From NCBI GenBank assembly GCA_009787695.1, contig WQSW01000003.1:6703-70702 (forward strand): DNA of 64,000 nucleotides, given 5' to 3'. The position numbers and the translations under genes were made by a program. The notes beneath the pieces were generated by a model that was not told the DNA's origin, searched no databases, and was given only the letters and a program-made list of their open reading frames with translations. Below, in pieces: positions 19,326-29,097 of this stretch (position 1 is its first letter; each line of letters opens with the position of its first letter). Source of the DNA: Treponema sp. (lineage in GTDB: Bacteria; Spirochaetota; Spirochaetia; Treponematales; Breznakiellaceae).

Positions 19326-21278
19326 TTAAATAACACCTCGTGCGGCTATAACCGTATTTGACATTGCATACAAAGTAACAATCAGCGAATTAACAAAAGC
19401 GCCTGTCCAAACAGAACCTGTCGCTTTAAAGAAAACACGCGAGATTGCCGCTGCAACAGGAAGGATAAAGAGTAAGCCCCACAGAAGAACGCCTGCAAGA
19501 GCGGCGGTTGTTTTTGCAGGGTAGGGGACAAACTGGAATACTTTAACGCCTGTTTGTTTGAGCGAAATATAATCAATTAAGTGAAGCGCAAGCAAACCGC
19601 CGAAACTTGAAATGATAATCAGAATCATATTTATCCATTCTTTTTGATTATTGATTCTTGTAAAAGTATTTTGACTAACTCCCATTACAATGAATAAAAA
19701 TAAGAAGCTTGGAAGATAGCGCAGGTATATCGCCCATTTTGCCGGAGTTATAGTTTTAATACTCAATGTAAAGAAACGGAAATCTGTTTTAAAGAAATAA
19801 TCGCACAAACAAAGCAGGAGATAGCCTGCCGTAAAAACTGTTATTGCAAGAACTGCAGATCGGAATATTTTATTTCCTGAAAGTTTCAATCCCATATTAT
19901 CATAAGTGCAGCCTGCTTTCTTTGCAAATAGATGGAATACTAAAAGATAAAGAACAGTAACAATGATTCCAAGAACAAAGTTCAAAAGAAAAATTCCATT
20001 TACTGCCGGCAGAGGGAAAGCAACGCTTGCAGGCATTACTATCGGAACTGTTCTTCCCATAGAAGTAATGTCGATAGGATACCCGACCAGCCAGTTATAC
20101 AATAAAGGTGCGGGCAGTAAACCGATAACGTAAATAATCCAGTAGCGGATTTTACTTTGTTTATCAGTAATGGTTGTAAGCCCTAAGGGTTCTTGTTGTT
20201 TTATCGCGCCAAAATAATTTGATTTAAGTAGCAGCAAACCGAAAGATGTTATGAAAATAAAAAATGCAATGAGCGAAATTCCTGTTCCCAATTGTTTGCC
20301 GAACCAGCTTTGACTAGTCTGCGATGCAAGTTTTCCTTCTGTCAAAGTGATGTCAAAAAAATCGACAACATTACAAACTGCTCTTGCATTAAAATGAATC
20401 ACAGGGTGGGTGTGCGGCGGCTGATATACAATTCTTAAATCGCCTTGCTTTGCAATGTTGATTGCGCTGTTCCTGTCAATCGGTGATGCAGAATTATAAG
20501 CATAGTAAGTATCATATTTGAAACCGTTAAAACCAAAACCGGCTTTGGCTATCGCCGTTGTATTTAAATCGCTTCCTTTAACAGTTCCCCACATACCCAA
20601 TGCCCATTCATCAAACTGACCGTAAACTGATCCGAGATTGACGGGAAAAGCGGCAAGTATGGAAACGCCATCAGCGTTAAGAACAAATGATTGCGCGGTT
20701 GGAAGCACTGCGGTAGGCACTACAATTGACGGATTATTTGCGCGTTCATTCCATGCACGCGCCGCGCCCATTTGAATCGTAGTTCCTCCCAATGAATGCC
20801 CCACCATACCGACTCTTCCTTTGTCTGCATAGGGAAGCGTTCCGATATATTGAAGCGCCGCATAAGTTCCCATATCGCCGACTACAGGATTGATCCGCTC
20901 ATCAGAAAAATTTGAATTGCCGTGACCGTAAGCGTCAATCGCCATCACGATGAAACCGCGTTTTGAAAGTTCAACGCAGTTAAGGTCTTGCACTTCTGCT
21001 GTGTTGTTATAACCATGACAGGAAATGATCACAGGAGCGGGATTTGAAGACGAAGCGTTTTTCGGTACATAAAGGAGAGCCCTCATTTCCGCTCCGTCTA
21101 TTGTAACGAATTTGATGTCATGAATTTTTACATTTCCGTTGCTGGTATGAACCAGCATTCCGATTAATCCTCCGGCAAGCAGCAGAATTATCGAAATAAT
21201 AAAAATAATTAACGGTTCGTAAGAAACGTAGACATGATTTCTTTTATTTAAATTTTCGTTGGACATAGAATCCTCCAT
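19326..21278 (-). CDS. alpha/beta-hydrolase domain fused to a polytopic membrane domain
   Basis: 650 aa. N-terminal TM, then an alpha/beta hydrolase with nucleophile elbow GHSLGG, then about 8 predicted TM helices in the C-terminal half. An alternative start at 21266 has an internal GGAGG RBS. Confidence 0.7.
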   Translation of the reverse strand: MEDSMSNENLNKRNHVYVSYEPLIIFIISIILLLAGGLIGMLVHTSNGNVKIHDIKFVTIDGAEMRALLYVPKNASSSNPAPVIISCHGYNNTAEVQDLNCVELSKRGFIVMAIDAYGHGNSNFSDERINPVVGDMGTYAALQYIGTLPYADKGRVGMVGHSLGGTTIQMGAARAWNERANNPSIVVPTAVLPTAQSFVLNADGVSILAAFPVNLGSVYGQFDEWALGMWGTVKGSDLNTTAIAKAGFGFNGFKYDTYYAYNSASPIDRNSAINIAKQGDLRIVYQPPHTHPVIHFNARAVCNVVDFFDITLTEGKLASQTSQSWFGKQLGTGISLIAFFIFITSFGLLLLKSNYFGAIKQQEPLGLTTITDKQSKIRYWIIYVIGLLPAPLLYNWLVGYPIDITSMGRTVPIVMPASVAFPLPAVNGIFLLNFVLGIIVTVLYLLVFHLFAKKAGCTYDNMGLKLSGNKIFRSAVLAITVFTAGYLLLCLCDYFFKTDFRFFTLSIKTITPAKWAIYLRYLPSFLFLFIVMGVSQNTFTRINNQKEWINMILIIISSFGGLLALHLIDYISLKQTGVKVFQFVPYPAKTTAALAGVLLWGLLFILPVAAAISRVFFKATGSVWTGAFVNSLIVTLYAMSNTVIAARGVI

Positions 21279-21387
21279 AAATATAAAAAGAATTTTTCAA
21301 GTTTAAAACTTGAAATTACAAAACACTGATTAAAGTGTTCAATATGTTATCCTCCTTTTATACTATTTCTGTTTCCTATCACCTCCT

Positions 21388-22839
21388 TTATTGAACACTT
21401 GATATCGCTTTCGCAAGAGCTACTTCCATTAATTCTGCAGGCGGCTCTTTGATGTGTCCCAATGATTTTAAGTCTTCAACAAGAGCGCGGGCTGCGGCTA
21501 TATCAGCTTTCGCCTGATTGTATACCTCGTCCCATGATAAATTGATGCGTGCAACTCCCTCGCTGACAGCTTGCTGTGCAACATCTGCCGCTTCTCTTGC
21601 GAACACTTCTGTCTCTTCCATGTTTGCGATGATGTTATCAGGATTAATCCCTCTCTTCTCGGAAAAATCCGCAATGGAGTGAGCGCAGCGAATTGCCATG
21701 CCGTCAGTAATTTTTTTTGCACGTACAAGCAATGCACCTTTAAGCAAGCCGGGAAAGCAAACTGAGTTGTTAACCTGATTGGGAAAATCTCCTCTGCCTG
21801 TTGCAACAATAAAAGCGCCTTCTTCTTTTGCAGCATAGGGCCATATTTCCGGCACAGGATTTGCGCAAACAAAAACGATTGCCTTGTCTGCCATACCGCG
21901 TATCCATTCACGTTTTACCGTATCAGGACCGGGGCTTGAAAGAGCGACAAGTACATCCGCGCCTTTTAACGCTTCTTCTATTGCACCTACCTTTTTGGGA
22001 TTCGTTTTTTCGCAGAGTTCCCATTTACGGTAATTGCGTTTATCGTTCTTAATATCTTCCCTGTTTGAATGTAAACTTCCTTTAGTATCAAAAATTACCA
22101 TCTTTGCAGGATCGCCGCCGTCGCTGAGAATTAGCCTTGCCACAGTTGTATTGGAAGCGCCTGCGCCTAACAACACAATTTTTGCATCGCCGATTTTTTT
22201 ACCTGCAAGTTTTAAAGCATTGATGAGTCCTGCAAGCGTTACACAGGCGGTTCCCTGCGCATCGTCATGCCAAACAGGAATGTCGCAGGCTTCGCGCAGA
22301 TCGTCTAACACTTTGAAACAATTCGGCTGGCTTATATCTTCCAGATTGATCGCGCCAAAGCTGTGCTGAACCATTTTTACAAATTCGATGATCTTATTGG
22401 GATCGTTTTTTCCGTCCGCTCCTTTTGAATCCACGCATAATGCAACCGCGTCCACTCCGCCCAAATATTTCATGAGCATCGCCTTCCCTTCCATTACACC
22501 AAGCCCGCCCGGAGGTGTGCAATCGCCGTCACCTAACACTCTGGTTGAGTCTGAAACAACCGCAACCAAATTTCCGCGGTTAGACAATGCGAAGGAAGCA
22601 TCATTATTATCCCTGATTGTTGTGGAAATTTTTGATACGCCGGGCGTGTACCAGACATTAAACCAATTAAGCCCGTAGATGCCGCACTTAGGTAAGGTTT
22701 GAATTTTTCCGCCGTAAAAACGGTGCGCTTCATCAGAAAGATTTTTTAAGAATAAGGTTTTCGCTTTTGCTTTTTGCTCTTCGCTGAAACCGGCAGGAAA
22801 TAAATCATCTAAATTTTTCAGTTGCAGATCGATCTTCAT
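21388..22839 (-). CDS. NAD(P)-dependent malic enzyme (oxaloacetate-decarboxylating malate dehydrogenase)
   Basis: 483 aa. Small prokaryotic malic-enzyme architecture, with NAD-binding loop LLGAGASN and conserved VVSDSTRVLGDGD and PVWHDDAQGTA segments. Confidence 0.9.
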   Translation of the reverse strand: MKIDLQLKNLDDLFPAGFSEEQKAKAKTLFLKNLSDEAHRFYGGKIQTLPKCGIYGLNWFNVWYTPGVSKISTTIRDNNDASFALSNRGNLVAVVSDSTRVLGDGDCTPPGGLGVMEGKAMLMKYLGGVDAVALCVDSKGADGKNDPNKIIEFVKMVQHSFGAINLEDISQPNCFKVLDDLREACDIPVWHDDAQGTACVTLAGLINALKLAGKKIGDAKIVLLGAGASNTTVARLILSDGGDPAKMVIFDTKGSLHSNREDIKNDKRNYRKWELCEKTNPKKVGAIEEALKGADVLVALSSPGPDTVKREWIRGMADKAIVFVCANPVPEIWPYAAKEEGAFIVATGRGDFPNQVNNSVCFPGLLKGALLVRAKKITDGMAIRCAHSIADFSEKRGINPDNIIANMEETEVFAREAADVAQQAVSEGVARINLSWDEVYNQAKADIAAARALVEDLKSLGHIKEPPAELMEVALAKAISSVQ

Positions 22840-22849
22840 TTTTTAATCC

Positions 22850-23959
22850 TTAAAAATTAAATTCATAGGAATCAAGTTTATATTCCTCTTTAAGTGTTTT
22901 AATTGTCTTTATAAGACTGTCATTTAAAGGGACGCCCTTATCTTTGCGCGAAAGCCACGCAAGATATTCTTTTTCTCCCGCTGTGTAAATCCGCTGTTCT
23001 CCCGGCGCTTTTTTTGATGCGCGCAGTTCACGCAGAATATCACCTGTTGTTTTTTTAAATTGATCCAATTCAACAAATGCGCTGATATCAATCGCAATAA
23101 AGAAATGTCCCAGATGATACGGAATTTTTTTACCGTTGGAATCAAAACCGTTCAAGGCTTTTAAAAACATTCCCTGTTGGAGCGCGGCGGAAAGTATTTC
23201 GACAACTGTCGCATAACCGTAACCCTTGTAACCAGCCGTCTCTTCACCTAACCCTCCGAGCGGTGCAAGAGCGGAAGTTCCTTTTGTAAGCCCTGTCAAA
23301 GCTTTGGAAGGATTTTTCTCGCTGCTTCCGTCATCATTAATTACCCAGCCTTCAGGCATGGTTTTATTAATTCTGTCGTAATGCTCGATTTTTCCGCGCT
23401 GTGAAACAGAGGTTGCGCAGTCAAGCATGAAAGGAAAATCTTCATCAGACGGCATGCCTACAGTTAAAGGATTTGTGCCTAACATATTTTCGATTCCGAA
23501 AGTCGGCGCAATGGAAGGACGTGCATTAGTGCCGGTGATTCCTATCATTCCGTTTTTAACAGCCATTGACGCATAATACCCTGCGATACCGTAATGAGTG
23601 GAATTGCGCACAACAACCATTCCAAGCCCGTGCTGCTTCGCCTTATCAATCGCCATCTGCATAGATTTTTTTCCGATAACCTGCCCCATTCCGTCATGAC
23701 CGTCTATCACCGCAGTTGCAAGATGATCTTTTACAACCTCAAAATGTGTAACCGGATTTTGAATACCGTCATTTATCCTGTCGATATAAATCGGTTTAAA
23801 TCTTCCGATCCCGTGTGAATCGATACCGCGTTTATCGGATTCGATCAAAACTTCAGCGCATATCGCTGCGTCTTGAGGCGGAACGCCGGCTTTGATAAAA
23901 ACATCTTTCATGAAAGCTTCCAATTTTTCAAAACTTTCATATTTTTCATTTACTGCCAT
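22850..23959 (-). CDS. Ldh_2 family (malate/L-lactate/ureidoglycolate-type) oxidoreductase
   Basis: 369 aa. DSHGIGRF, VVRNSTHYGIAGYY and NPL..G.P segments are typical of the Ldh_2 family. Only 10 bp upstream of the malic enzyme gene, so probably an operon. Confidence 0.8.
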   Translation of the reverse strand: MAVNEKYESFEKLEAFMKDVFIKAGVPPQDAAICAEVLIESDKRGIDSHGIGRFKPIYIDRINDGIQNPVTHFEVVKDHLATAVIDGHDGMGQVIGKKSMQMAIDKAKQHGLGMVVVRNSTHYGIAGYYASMAVKNGMIGITGTNARPSIAPTFGIENMLGTNPLTVGMPSDEDFPFMLDCATSVSQRGKIEHYDRINKTMPEGWVINDDGSSEKNPSKALTGLTKGTSALAPLGGLGEETAGYKGYGYATVVEILSAALQQGMFLKALNGFDSNGKKIPYHLGHFFIAIDISAFVELDQFKKTTGDILRELRASKKAPGEQRIYTAGEKEYLAWLSRKDKGVPLNDSLIKTIKTLKEEYKLDSYEFNF

Positions 23960-24109
23960 AAAAACTCCTGTATATAAATATAAGATATAAATAATGCAAA
24001 ATGGTATTAGTATATTTTTATTTATAATATTCTATTTTGAATTAATCGGCTTTTTTTGTTTCTAAAAGTTATATTTAATTTTTGTACGATTTTCTTTTGA
24101 ATATTTCTA

Positions 24110-24544
24110 TTAAATACTTCCCAAACTAAAGTCGCCCATAATTTTAAATTGATTCCCGTCACGCTTAACGGTAAGTTCGCGATCCGAAAAATATATTGGA
24201 AGAAGTTCTTTAACTTTTTCCGTCACCGCTTCATAAATTTCGCGGCGTACATTATCATCAACTTTTTCAAGAGTTGATATCGATACATCAATTAAATAAC
24301 CCCGCCCCAGCTCCGATCTGAAACCGGGTGTAAAGTTTGCGCCTATGTTGAAAAGCCCGTCCGCCTCCGGGTTAGCTGTTTCACCCCGATTTGGACGCAC
24401 AGGATGCAACGGGTATCTGTCGCCGTAGAGGTCTTCGATATGAGAGTCCACCTCATCAAAAAGCTTTTTTAGCTGATCATCAAATTCATTCATTCTGGGA
24501 TGCCACATATTGATATTATACGTTGATGCGTTGGGATAGGGCAA
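24110..24544 (-). CDS. hypothetical protein
   Basis: 144-aa ORF with coding-like composition and no recognisable motif. Lies immediately upstream (in transcription) of tRNA-Ala. Confidence 0.5.
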   Translation of the reverse strand: MPYPNASTYNINMWHPRMNEFDDQLKKLFDEVDSHIEDLYGDRYPLHPVRPNRGETANPEADGLFNIGANFTPGFRSELGRGYLIDVSISTLEKVDDNVRREIYEAVTEKVKELLPIYFSDRELTVKRDGNQFKIMGDFSLGSI

Positions 24545-24566
24545 GAGAGGTATTTACAGTGAACTT

Positions 24567-24640
<74 letters not shown>

Positions 24641-24681
24641 GTAAAAGAAAAATTTTTACATTTTTCTCGCGTTTATTTACT

Positions 24682-25215
24682 CTACATAACCAACTTGGCA
24701 GTGTCAAGCCCGTACTCTTTTAGCACCATTTGAGCGATTTGTTCAGGTGATTTTCCGTCAACATCAATGATGATATCGGCAATCTGCACATAACCGGCGG
24801 CGCGGCGTTCATGCAATGCGCGGTGGGTTTCTTGAGGGTTTTCTGTTTGCAGAAACGGCGGAAGTTCTCCGCCGGCGGCGATTCTGCTCCATGCTAAGTT
24901 TGCGGAAATGTTTAAATATATCATCGTTGTGCCGGAGTTTTTTATTGCAGCGATTGCTTCAGAGTTATCGATGATTCCTCCGCCTGCGGCGATTATAAAA
25001 AAACGATTCTGAGTCATCAATGTTGATGCTGCCTCTGCTTCTGCTTTTTGAAAAACAGATTGACCTTCAATAAAAAGTTGACGAGGTGTTTTTCCGGTTT
25101 TTTTTGTTATTAAATCATCAAGATCGATAAAATCACATGAGAATAGCGATGCAAGAGCTTTACCGGCGCTTGTTTTGCCTGAATGTTTTGGTCCTGTCAA
25201 AATAATTTTATTCAT
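24682..25215 (-). CDS. aroK: shikimate kinase-like P-loop kinase
   Basis: The ATG at 25215 gives MNKIILTGPKHSGKTSAG (P-loop at the N-terminus). DLD and GGG(I/V) motifs and the ~175-aa size fit AroK. The ORF-track start at 25224 is a GTG. Confidence 0.7.
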   Translation of the reverse strand: MNKIILTGPKHSGKTSAGKALASLFSCDFIDLDDLITKKTGKTPRQLFIEGQSVFQKAEAEAASTLMTQNRFFIIAAGGGIIDNSEAIAAIKNSGTTMIYLNISANLAWSRIAAGGELPPFLQTENPQETHRALHERRAAGYVQIADIIIDVDGKSPEQIAQMVLKEYGLDTAKLVM

Positions 25216-25253
25216 AGCTATCACCCTATATAAAAATTTGATAAAATACCACT

Positions 25254-26072
25254 ATGTCCGGTATATGGGTTTTAACTATAATTTTTTTAATTTCTTCTCT
25301 TCCTGTGATTATCGTATATGTTTGGTTCCGTCTCGCGAAATTTCAATTTTCGCTTATCCGATTTTTACTTGTCTTACTGGCCGGCGCGGCGGCATTTTTT
25401 CCCGCTCTTCTTTTACAGGAACTCCTGTCATTCTCTTTTCAGAACAGCAGAGCGGCGCTTTTCTTTCATCATTTTATCCGCATCGCGCTCACCGAAGAAG
25501 CAAGCCGCTTTTTTATACTTCTTCTTTTCTTTTGGATTTCCGGAAAAATTTCAAGCGGCAAATCATCCGAGCACGGTTCTTTAGAGACGAGCGGTTCTGA
25601 AGAACCGCAGAGTTTAAAACCTCTTAACAATCAGATTTCGTTTAACGTCATTAAAAAAGCAACTTTATCCGGGCTTGTCGCAGGTCTTGGTTTTGCCCTC
25701 CTTGAAAATGCGGTTTACGCCGCCTCTGATATCAATGTCGCATTATTGCGGATTATAACAGCCGCTGTTCATGGTGCGTGCGGCTCACGCATTGGCGCAG
25801 CAGCAATGATGATCCGCCGCCAGCCTTTTCAGGCAATCCTGCGCATAATCACCGCTGTGACAATACACGGCATTTACAATTTGATGCTAACCATGCCGGG
25901 CTTCTCGGCGATAGCCGCAATTTTAATCGCGGTGTCCGCCCTGTTTACTTCAATCGTTTCAATCAGCCGTTGGTCAGACGACACCCACAATCCGCCAGCC
26001 GAACCTGCAGTGACAGATACGTCTCAGAAGAGCCGTACGACAACCCTTGACAAAGATAAGGATAATTCCTAA
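25254..26072 (+). CDS. PrsW-family intramembrane glutamic/metallo-protease-like membrane protein
   Basis: 272 aa and polytopic. Motifs ALTEEASRFF, LENAVYA and HGxxN (TIHGIYN) match the PrsW signature order. Confidence 0.6.
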   Translation: MSGIWVLTIIFLISSLPVIIVYVWFRLAKFQFSLIRFLLVLLAGAAAFFPALLLQELLSFSFQNSRAALFFHHFIRIALTEEASRFFILLLFFWISGKISSGKSSEHGSLETSGSEEPQSLKPLNNQISFNVIKKATLSGLVAGLGFALLENAVYAASDINVALLRIITAAVHGACGSRIGAAAMMIRRQPFQAILRIITAVTIHGIYNLMLTMPGFSAIAAILIAVSALFTSIVSISRWSDDTHNPPAEPAVTDTSQKSRTTTLDKDKDNS

Positions 26073-26086
26073 ACTGATATACACGA

Positions 26087-26159
26087 CGCAAGGTAGAGCA
26101 GTTGGCAGCTCGTCGGGCTCATAACCCGGAGGTCGCAGGTTCGAGTCCTGTCCTTGCTA
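26087..26159 (+). tRNA. initiator-type tRNA-Met (anticodon CAU)
   Basis: Cloverleaf closely parallel to E. coli tRNA-fMet. Unpaired 1:72 position (C1 opposite U72), three consecutive G:C pairs closing the anticodon stem (GGG/CCC), and loop CUCAUAA. CCA is not encoded. Confidence 0.85.
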
Positions 26160-26208
26160 TTAAGAGGGGGGTAAATTTAGATCTCCTTTAGGTTTTACTT
26201 ACACCCCC

Positions 26209-27504
26209 TCACCTATAAATCTCCTCAGCAAGCTCAAGAAGAAAAGCCAGCCTTATTTCCAAACCAGGGTTATGTTCAAGATCATTACTAAATATATTAT
26301 TTTCACCAAAAACAATTACAATGACATCAGCGTTTTCAATATATCTTTTGATGTGGTTACGGTATTCCCGGTTTCTGCTTCCTGCATCAAGATTGTATAA
26401 ATGCGAAAAATAGGAAAATTCAAAATCTTTGACGGCATATTGTATTTGTGATTCTAAAAAACTGTCGCCGGTAACAAAAACTGTTTGTCCGTTTTTATTG
26501 TTACTTTTGAATTCCATTCGATAGCAATCGTAATTTTGTATTACTTCAACTTCAATTTCCGGTTTATATGCAACATTATAATTGATTGATTTAATGTACT
26601 CGGTTTTTCGTAGTGCCGGTAAATCTTGGTTATATGTATAGCAGCTGTTTCTTAAATAAGGGATTAAAACAGTTCTTCGTATATCAATTTCAAATTCTGT
26701 TATAACTAAATTGTTAATATCCGTCGTTGCTATTCCCGCTTTTTTTTGAATTTCCTGCCATGAAATATATGCTCCTAAAAAATTATGATGACCTGTGTAC
26801 TCATCATAAATCATGTAATCTGACGGAAACGCGAGATATTCATTTTTTGGATATGAAAAGCTTAGGTTTGTATTATGATCTATATAAGAAGAAAGAAAAT
26901 CCAATTCGGTTCTGCTCACCCGTCCGGTTACATAATCTTTTCTTGGGCAAGCTTGGAATATTATTTTTTTATTAAGTGAATTGAAATAGTTGTTTACATA
27001 AACAAGTCTATCTATCAATCTTTTAAACTTGTCTGTATTTTCTTCTCTTAACTCAATTAATACGGGTTCTTCAGCAATAACTAATTCGTTTTTTACAAAT
27101 TCTTCTGCAAAATTTGTTTGTTCAATGTCCCATCTGCTTATTTCAGGTTCTTCAATAATGTCCCACTTCCATTCGATGATATTTGCGTTTTCAGCGAATG
27201 GTTCGTCGGAAACGGAAATATCAGTATTTTCTGCGAAATATTTACTGTATATTATATTATAATATTTATTGTATAAGGGTATTAAACTGCTGCGAAACGG
27301 AAAATTGTCCTGATAATAATTATCAAAGTTCGTACCGAAATTTTGAATCGAAAATTCAAATTCGTTCATGCTTCTGTTTTCATTCAATCCGTCTTTTTCA
27401 GTTGATAAAATATTTTTTAATATTGGATACGTAACAGCAGGAGAAATAAGAAAGATAAAAAAAATAAAAGAAAATATTCGGTAACGGTTAAAAAATCCTT
27501 TCAT
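26209..27504 (-). CDS. AlgJ/AlgX/DHHW-like accessory protein of an MBOAT O-acyltransferase (putative)
   Basis: 431 aa with an N-terminal signal-anchor. Starts 10 bp downstream of the MBOAT gene on the same strand. DEYTGHHNFLGAY aligns with the (D/T)xHW(T/S)xxGA motif of AlgJ/DHHW proteins, with W replaced by N. Confidence 0.45.
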   Translation of the reverse strand: MKGFFNRYRIFSFIFFIFLISPAVTYPILKNILSTEKDGLNENRSMNEFEFSIQNFGTNFDNYYQDNFPFRSSLIPLYNKYYNIIYSKYFAENTDISVSDEPFAENANIIEWKWDIIEEPEISRWDIEQTNFAEEFVKNELVIAEEPVLIELREENTDKFKRLIDRLVYVNNYFNSLNKKIIFQACPRKDYVTGRVSRTELDFLSSYIDHNTNLSFSYPKNEYLAFPSDYMIYDEYTGHHNFLGAYISWQEIQKKAGIATTDINNLVITEFEIDIRRTVLIPYLRNSCYTYNQDLPALRKTEYIKSINYNVAYKPEIEVEVIQNYDCYRMEFKSNNKNGQTVFVTGDSFLESQIQYAVKDFEFSYFSHLYNLDAGSRNREYRNHIKRYIENADVIVIVFGENNIFSNDLEHNPGLEIRLAFLLELAEEIYR

Positions 27505-27514
27505 TCATTCCTCT

Positions 27515-29002
27515 TTAAAATTGAAAATATATAAACGGATTATATGTTTTGTTTGCAAGCATTAATAACACAAATCCATATAAGCCAAATAAAAATACTG
27601 CTTCTATAAAAAATAAAAAAGCATTCACCGATTTTTTGGTTTTAATTTTTTCAAATGCTTTTAACGAAAAAAGTTTTGTTGTCCAGCTTTGAATAAAACC
27701 GCAAAATAATAATGCAAACGGCAATATTAGAATTGAGTTCATTGTCAAATAATTAGACGGTGTCTGTAAGCCGTTATATCCGTAATAACCAAACATTGCT
27801 TTTATATATTGTAAAGCATATCCCATGTCCGGCGAACGGAAAAATACCCACGCAACCAGAACAACAACTATCGTATATGACCAATTAAAAAAATTCGGTT
27901 TATATAATGCCGTCTGTTTCACAAAAATTCTTTCAATAACAAGAAAAAATGCATAGAATGCTCCCCAAATAATAAAAGTATAATTTGCTCCGTGCCAAAG
28001 TCCCGACACAAGAAATATTATTATGATATTAATGTATGTCCTGAATGTGCCTTTACGATTGCCGCCTAAAGGATAATAAACATATTCGCGGAACCAGCTT
28101 GTCAGTGATATATGCCAACGTCTCCAAAATTCTGTAATTGATACAGATATATACGGGTAATTAAAGTTTTCTTTTATTTTAAACCCGAACATTTTTGATA
28201 AACCTATTGCCATGCACGAATAACCGCTGAAATCGTAATATATCTGCAATGCATAAAATATAATTCCTATCCATGCGGTGTTTATACCAAGTGTTGACGG
28301 GTGGTTTAAAAAAATACTGTCAGCTACTTCACCTAAAGTATTTGCAACTAAAACTTTTTTTGCAAGCCCGTAGATAAATCTTTTTATTCCATGATAAAAA
28401 TCGTGAGAGGTATGTTCGCGGTTATTTATTTGTTGTTCTAAATCGGCATATTTAATGATCGGACCTGCAATCAAGGCAGGGAATAAAGATATATATAAAG
28501 ACAGTTTTAAAAAGTTTTTCTGCGCTTTAACTTTTTCGTTGTAAACATCAATTACATAAGACATTGCTTGAAATAAATAAAAAGAAATTCCTATCGGTAA
28601 AAGAACTTCAAAAATGTTTATATCCCGCGATGTTATCCCTTCGATAATACTGATAAAGAAATTAAAATATTTAAAATAAAATAATATGCATAGATTCGCA
28701 AACAGTAATAAAAACAATTTGATTTTTTTTCTTTTTAATTGATTTTCGGTTTCTGTTTTATTATCGCAGTTGTTCTTTTCATAATTGCAGTTTTTTGAAA
28801 TCCATAACGCTCCAAGATAATTAACGGTAATTACAGAAATCATTAATAAAATATACCATGTTCCCCCCCATGCATAAAAAAACAAACTGACAATAAGTAA
28901 AAATATATTACGGTATATAAGTTTTTTCTTTGGCAGAGCATGATAAATAATCAAACATAACGGCAGAAATAAAAATAAAAATACAAGTGAACTGAATAAC
29001 AT
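27515..29002 (-). CDS. MBOAT family O-acyltransferase (AlgI/DltB/PatA-like)
   Basis: 495 aa and polytopic. Hallmark FWRRWHISLTSWFREYVYYPLGGNRKG and the catalytic-His region SGLWHGANY. Confidence 0.9.
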   Translation of the reverse strand: MLFSSLVFLFLFLPLCLIIYHALPKKKLIYRNIFLLIVSLFFYAWGGTWYILLMISVITVNYLGALWISKNCNYEKNNCDNKTETENQLKRKKIKLFLLLFANLCILFYFKYFNFFISIIEGITSRDINIFEVLLPIGISFYLFQAMSYVIDVYNEKVKAQKNFLKLSLYISLFPALIAGPIIKYADLEQQINNREHTSHDFYHGIKRFIYGLAKKVLVANTLGEVADSIFLNHPSTLGINTAWIGIIFYALQIYYDFSGYSCMAIGLSKMFGFKIKENFNYPYISVSITEFWRRWHISLTSWFREYVYYPLGGNRKGTFRTYINIIIIFLVSGLWHGANYTFIIWGAFYAFFLVIERIFVKQTALYKPNFFNWSYTIVVVLVAWVFFRSPDMGYALQYIKAMFGYYGYNGLQTPSNYLTMNSILILPFALLFCGFIQSWTTKLFSLKAFEKIKTKKSVNAFLFFIEAVFLFGLYGFVLLMLANKTYNPFIYFQF

Positions 29003-29097
29003 ATCTTTATCTTAATAATTATCTTATTTTATCTCCAAAAAACTGTTTAATAAAAATAATTTAATTATAATAAAATGTCAAGTATTAAGACGTTTGA

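Noticed and set aside
21296-21350. Short palindromes (TTCAAGTTTAAAACTTGAA and AACACTGATTAAAGTGTT) between the hydrolase gene and the malic enzyme gene
   Set aside because: They are AT-rich weak stems in an AT-rich spacer without flanking U-tracts or recognisable operator context. That is insufficient to call a feature.
21498-21911. 137-aa minus-strand ORF within the malic enzyme gene
   Set aside because: It is an alternative frame nested in a conserved enzyme gene, with no independent signals.
25175-25600. 141-aa and 88-aa plus-strand ORFs overlapping the aroK start and prsW
   Set aside because: They are out of frame with the PrsW-like ORF, which carries the family motifs. The first would also run antisense through the aroK N-terminus.
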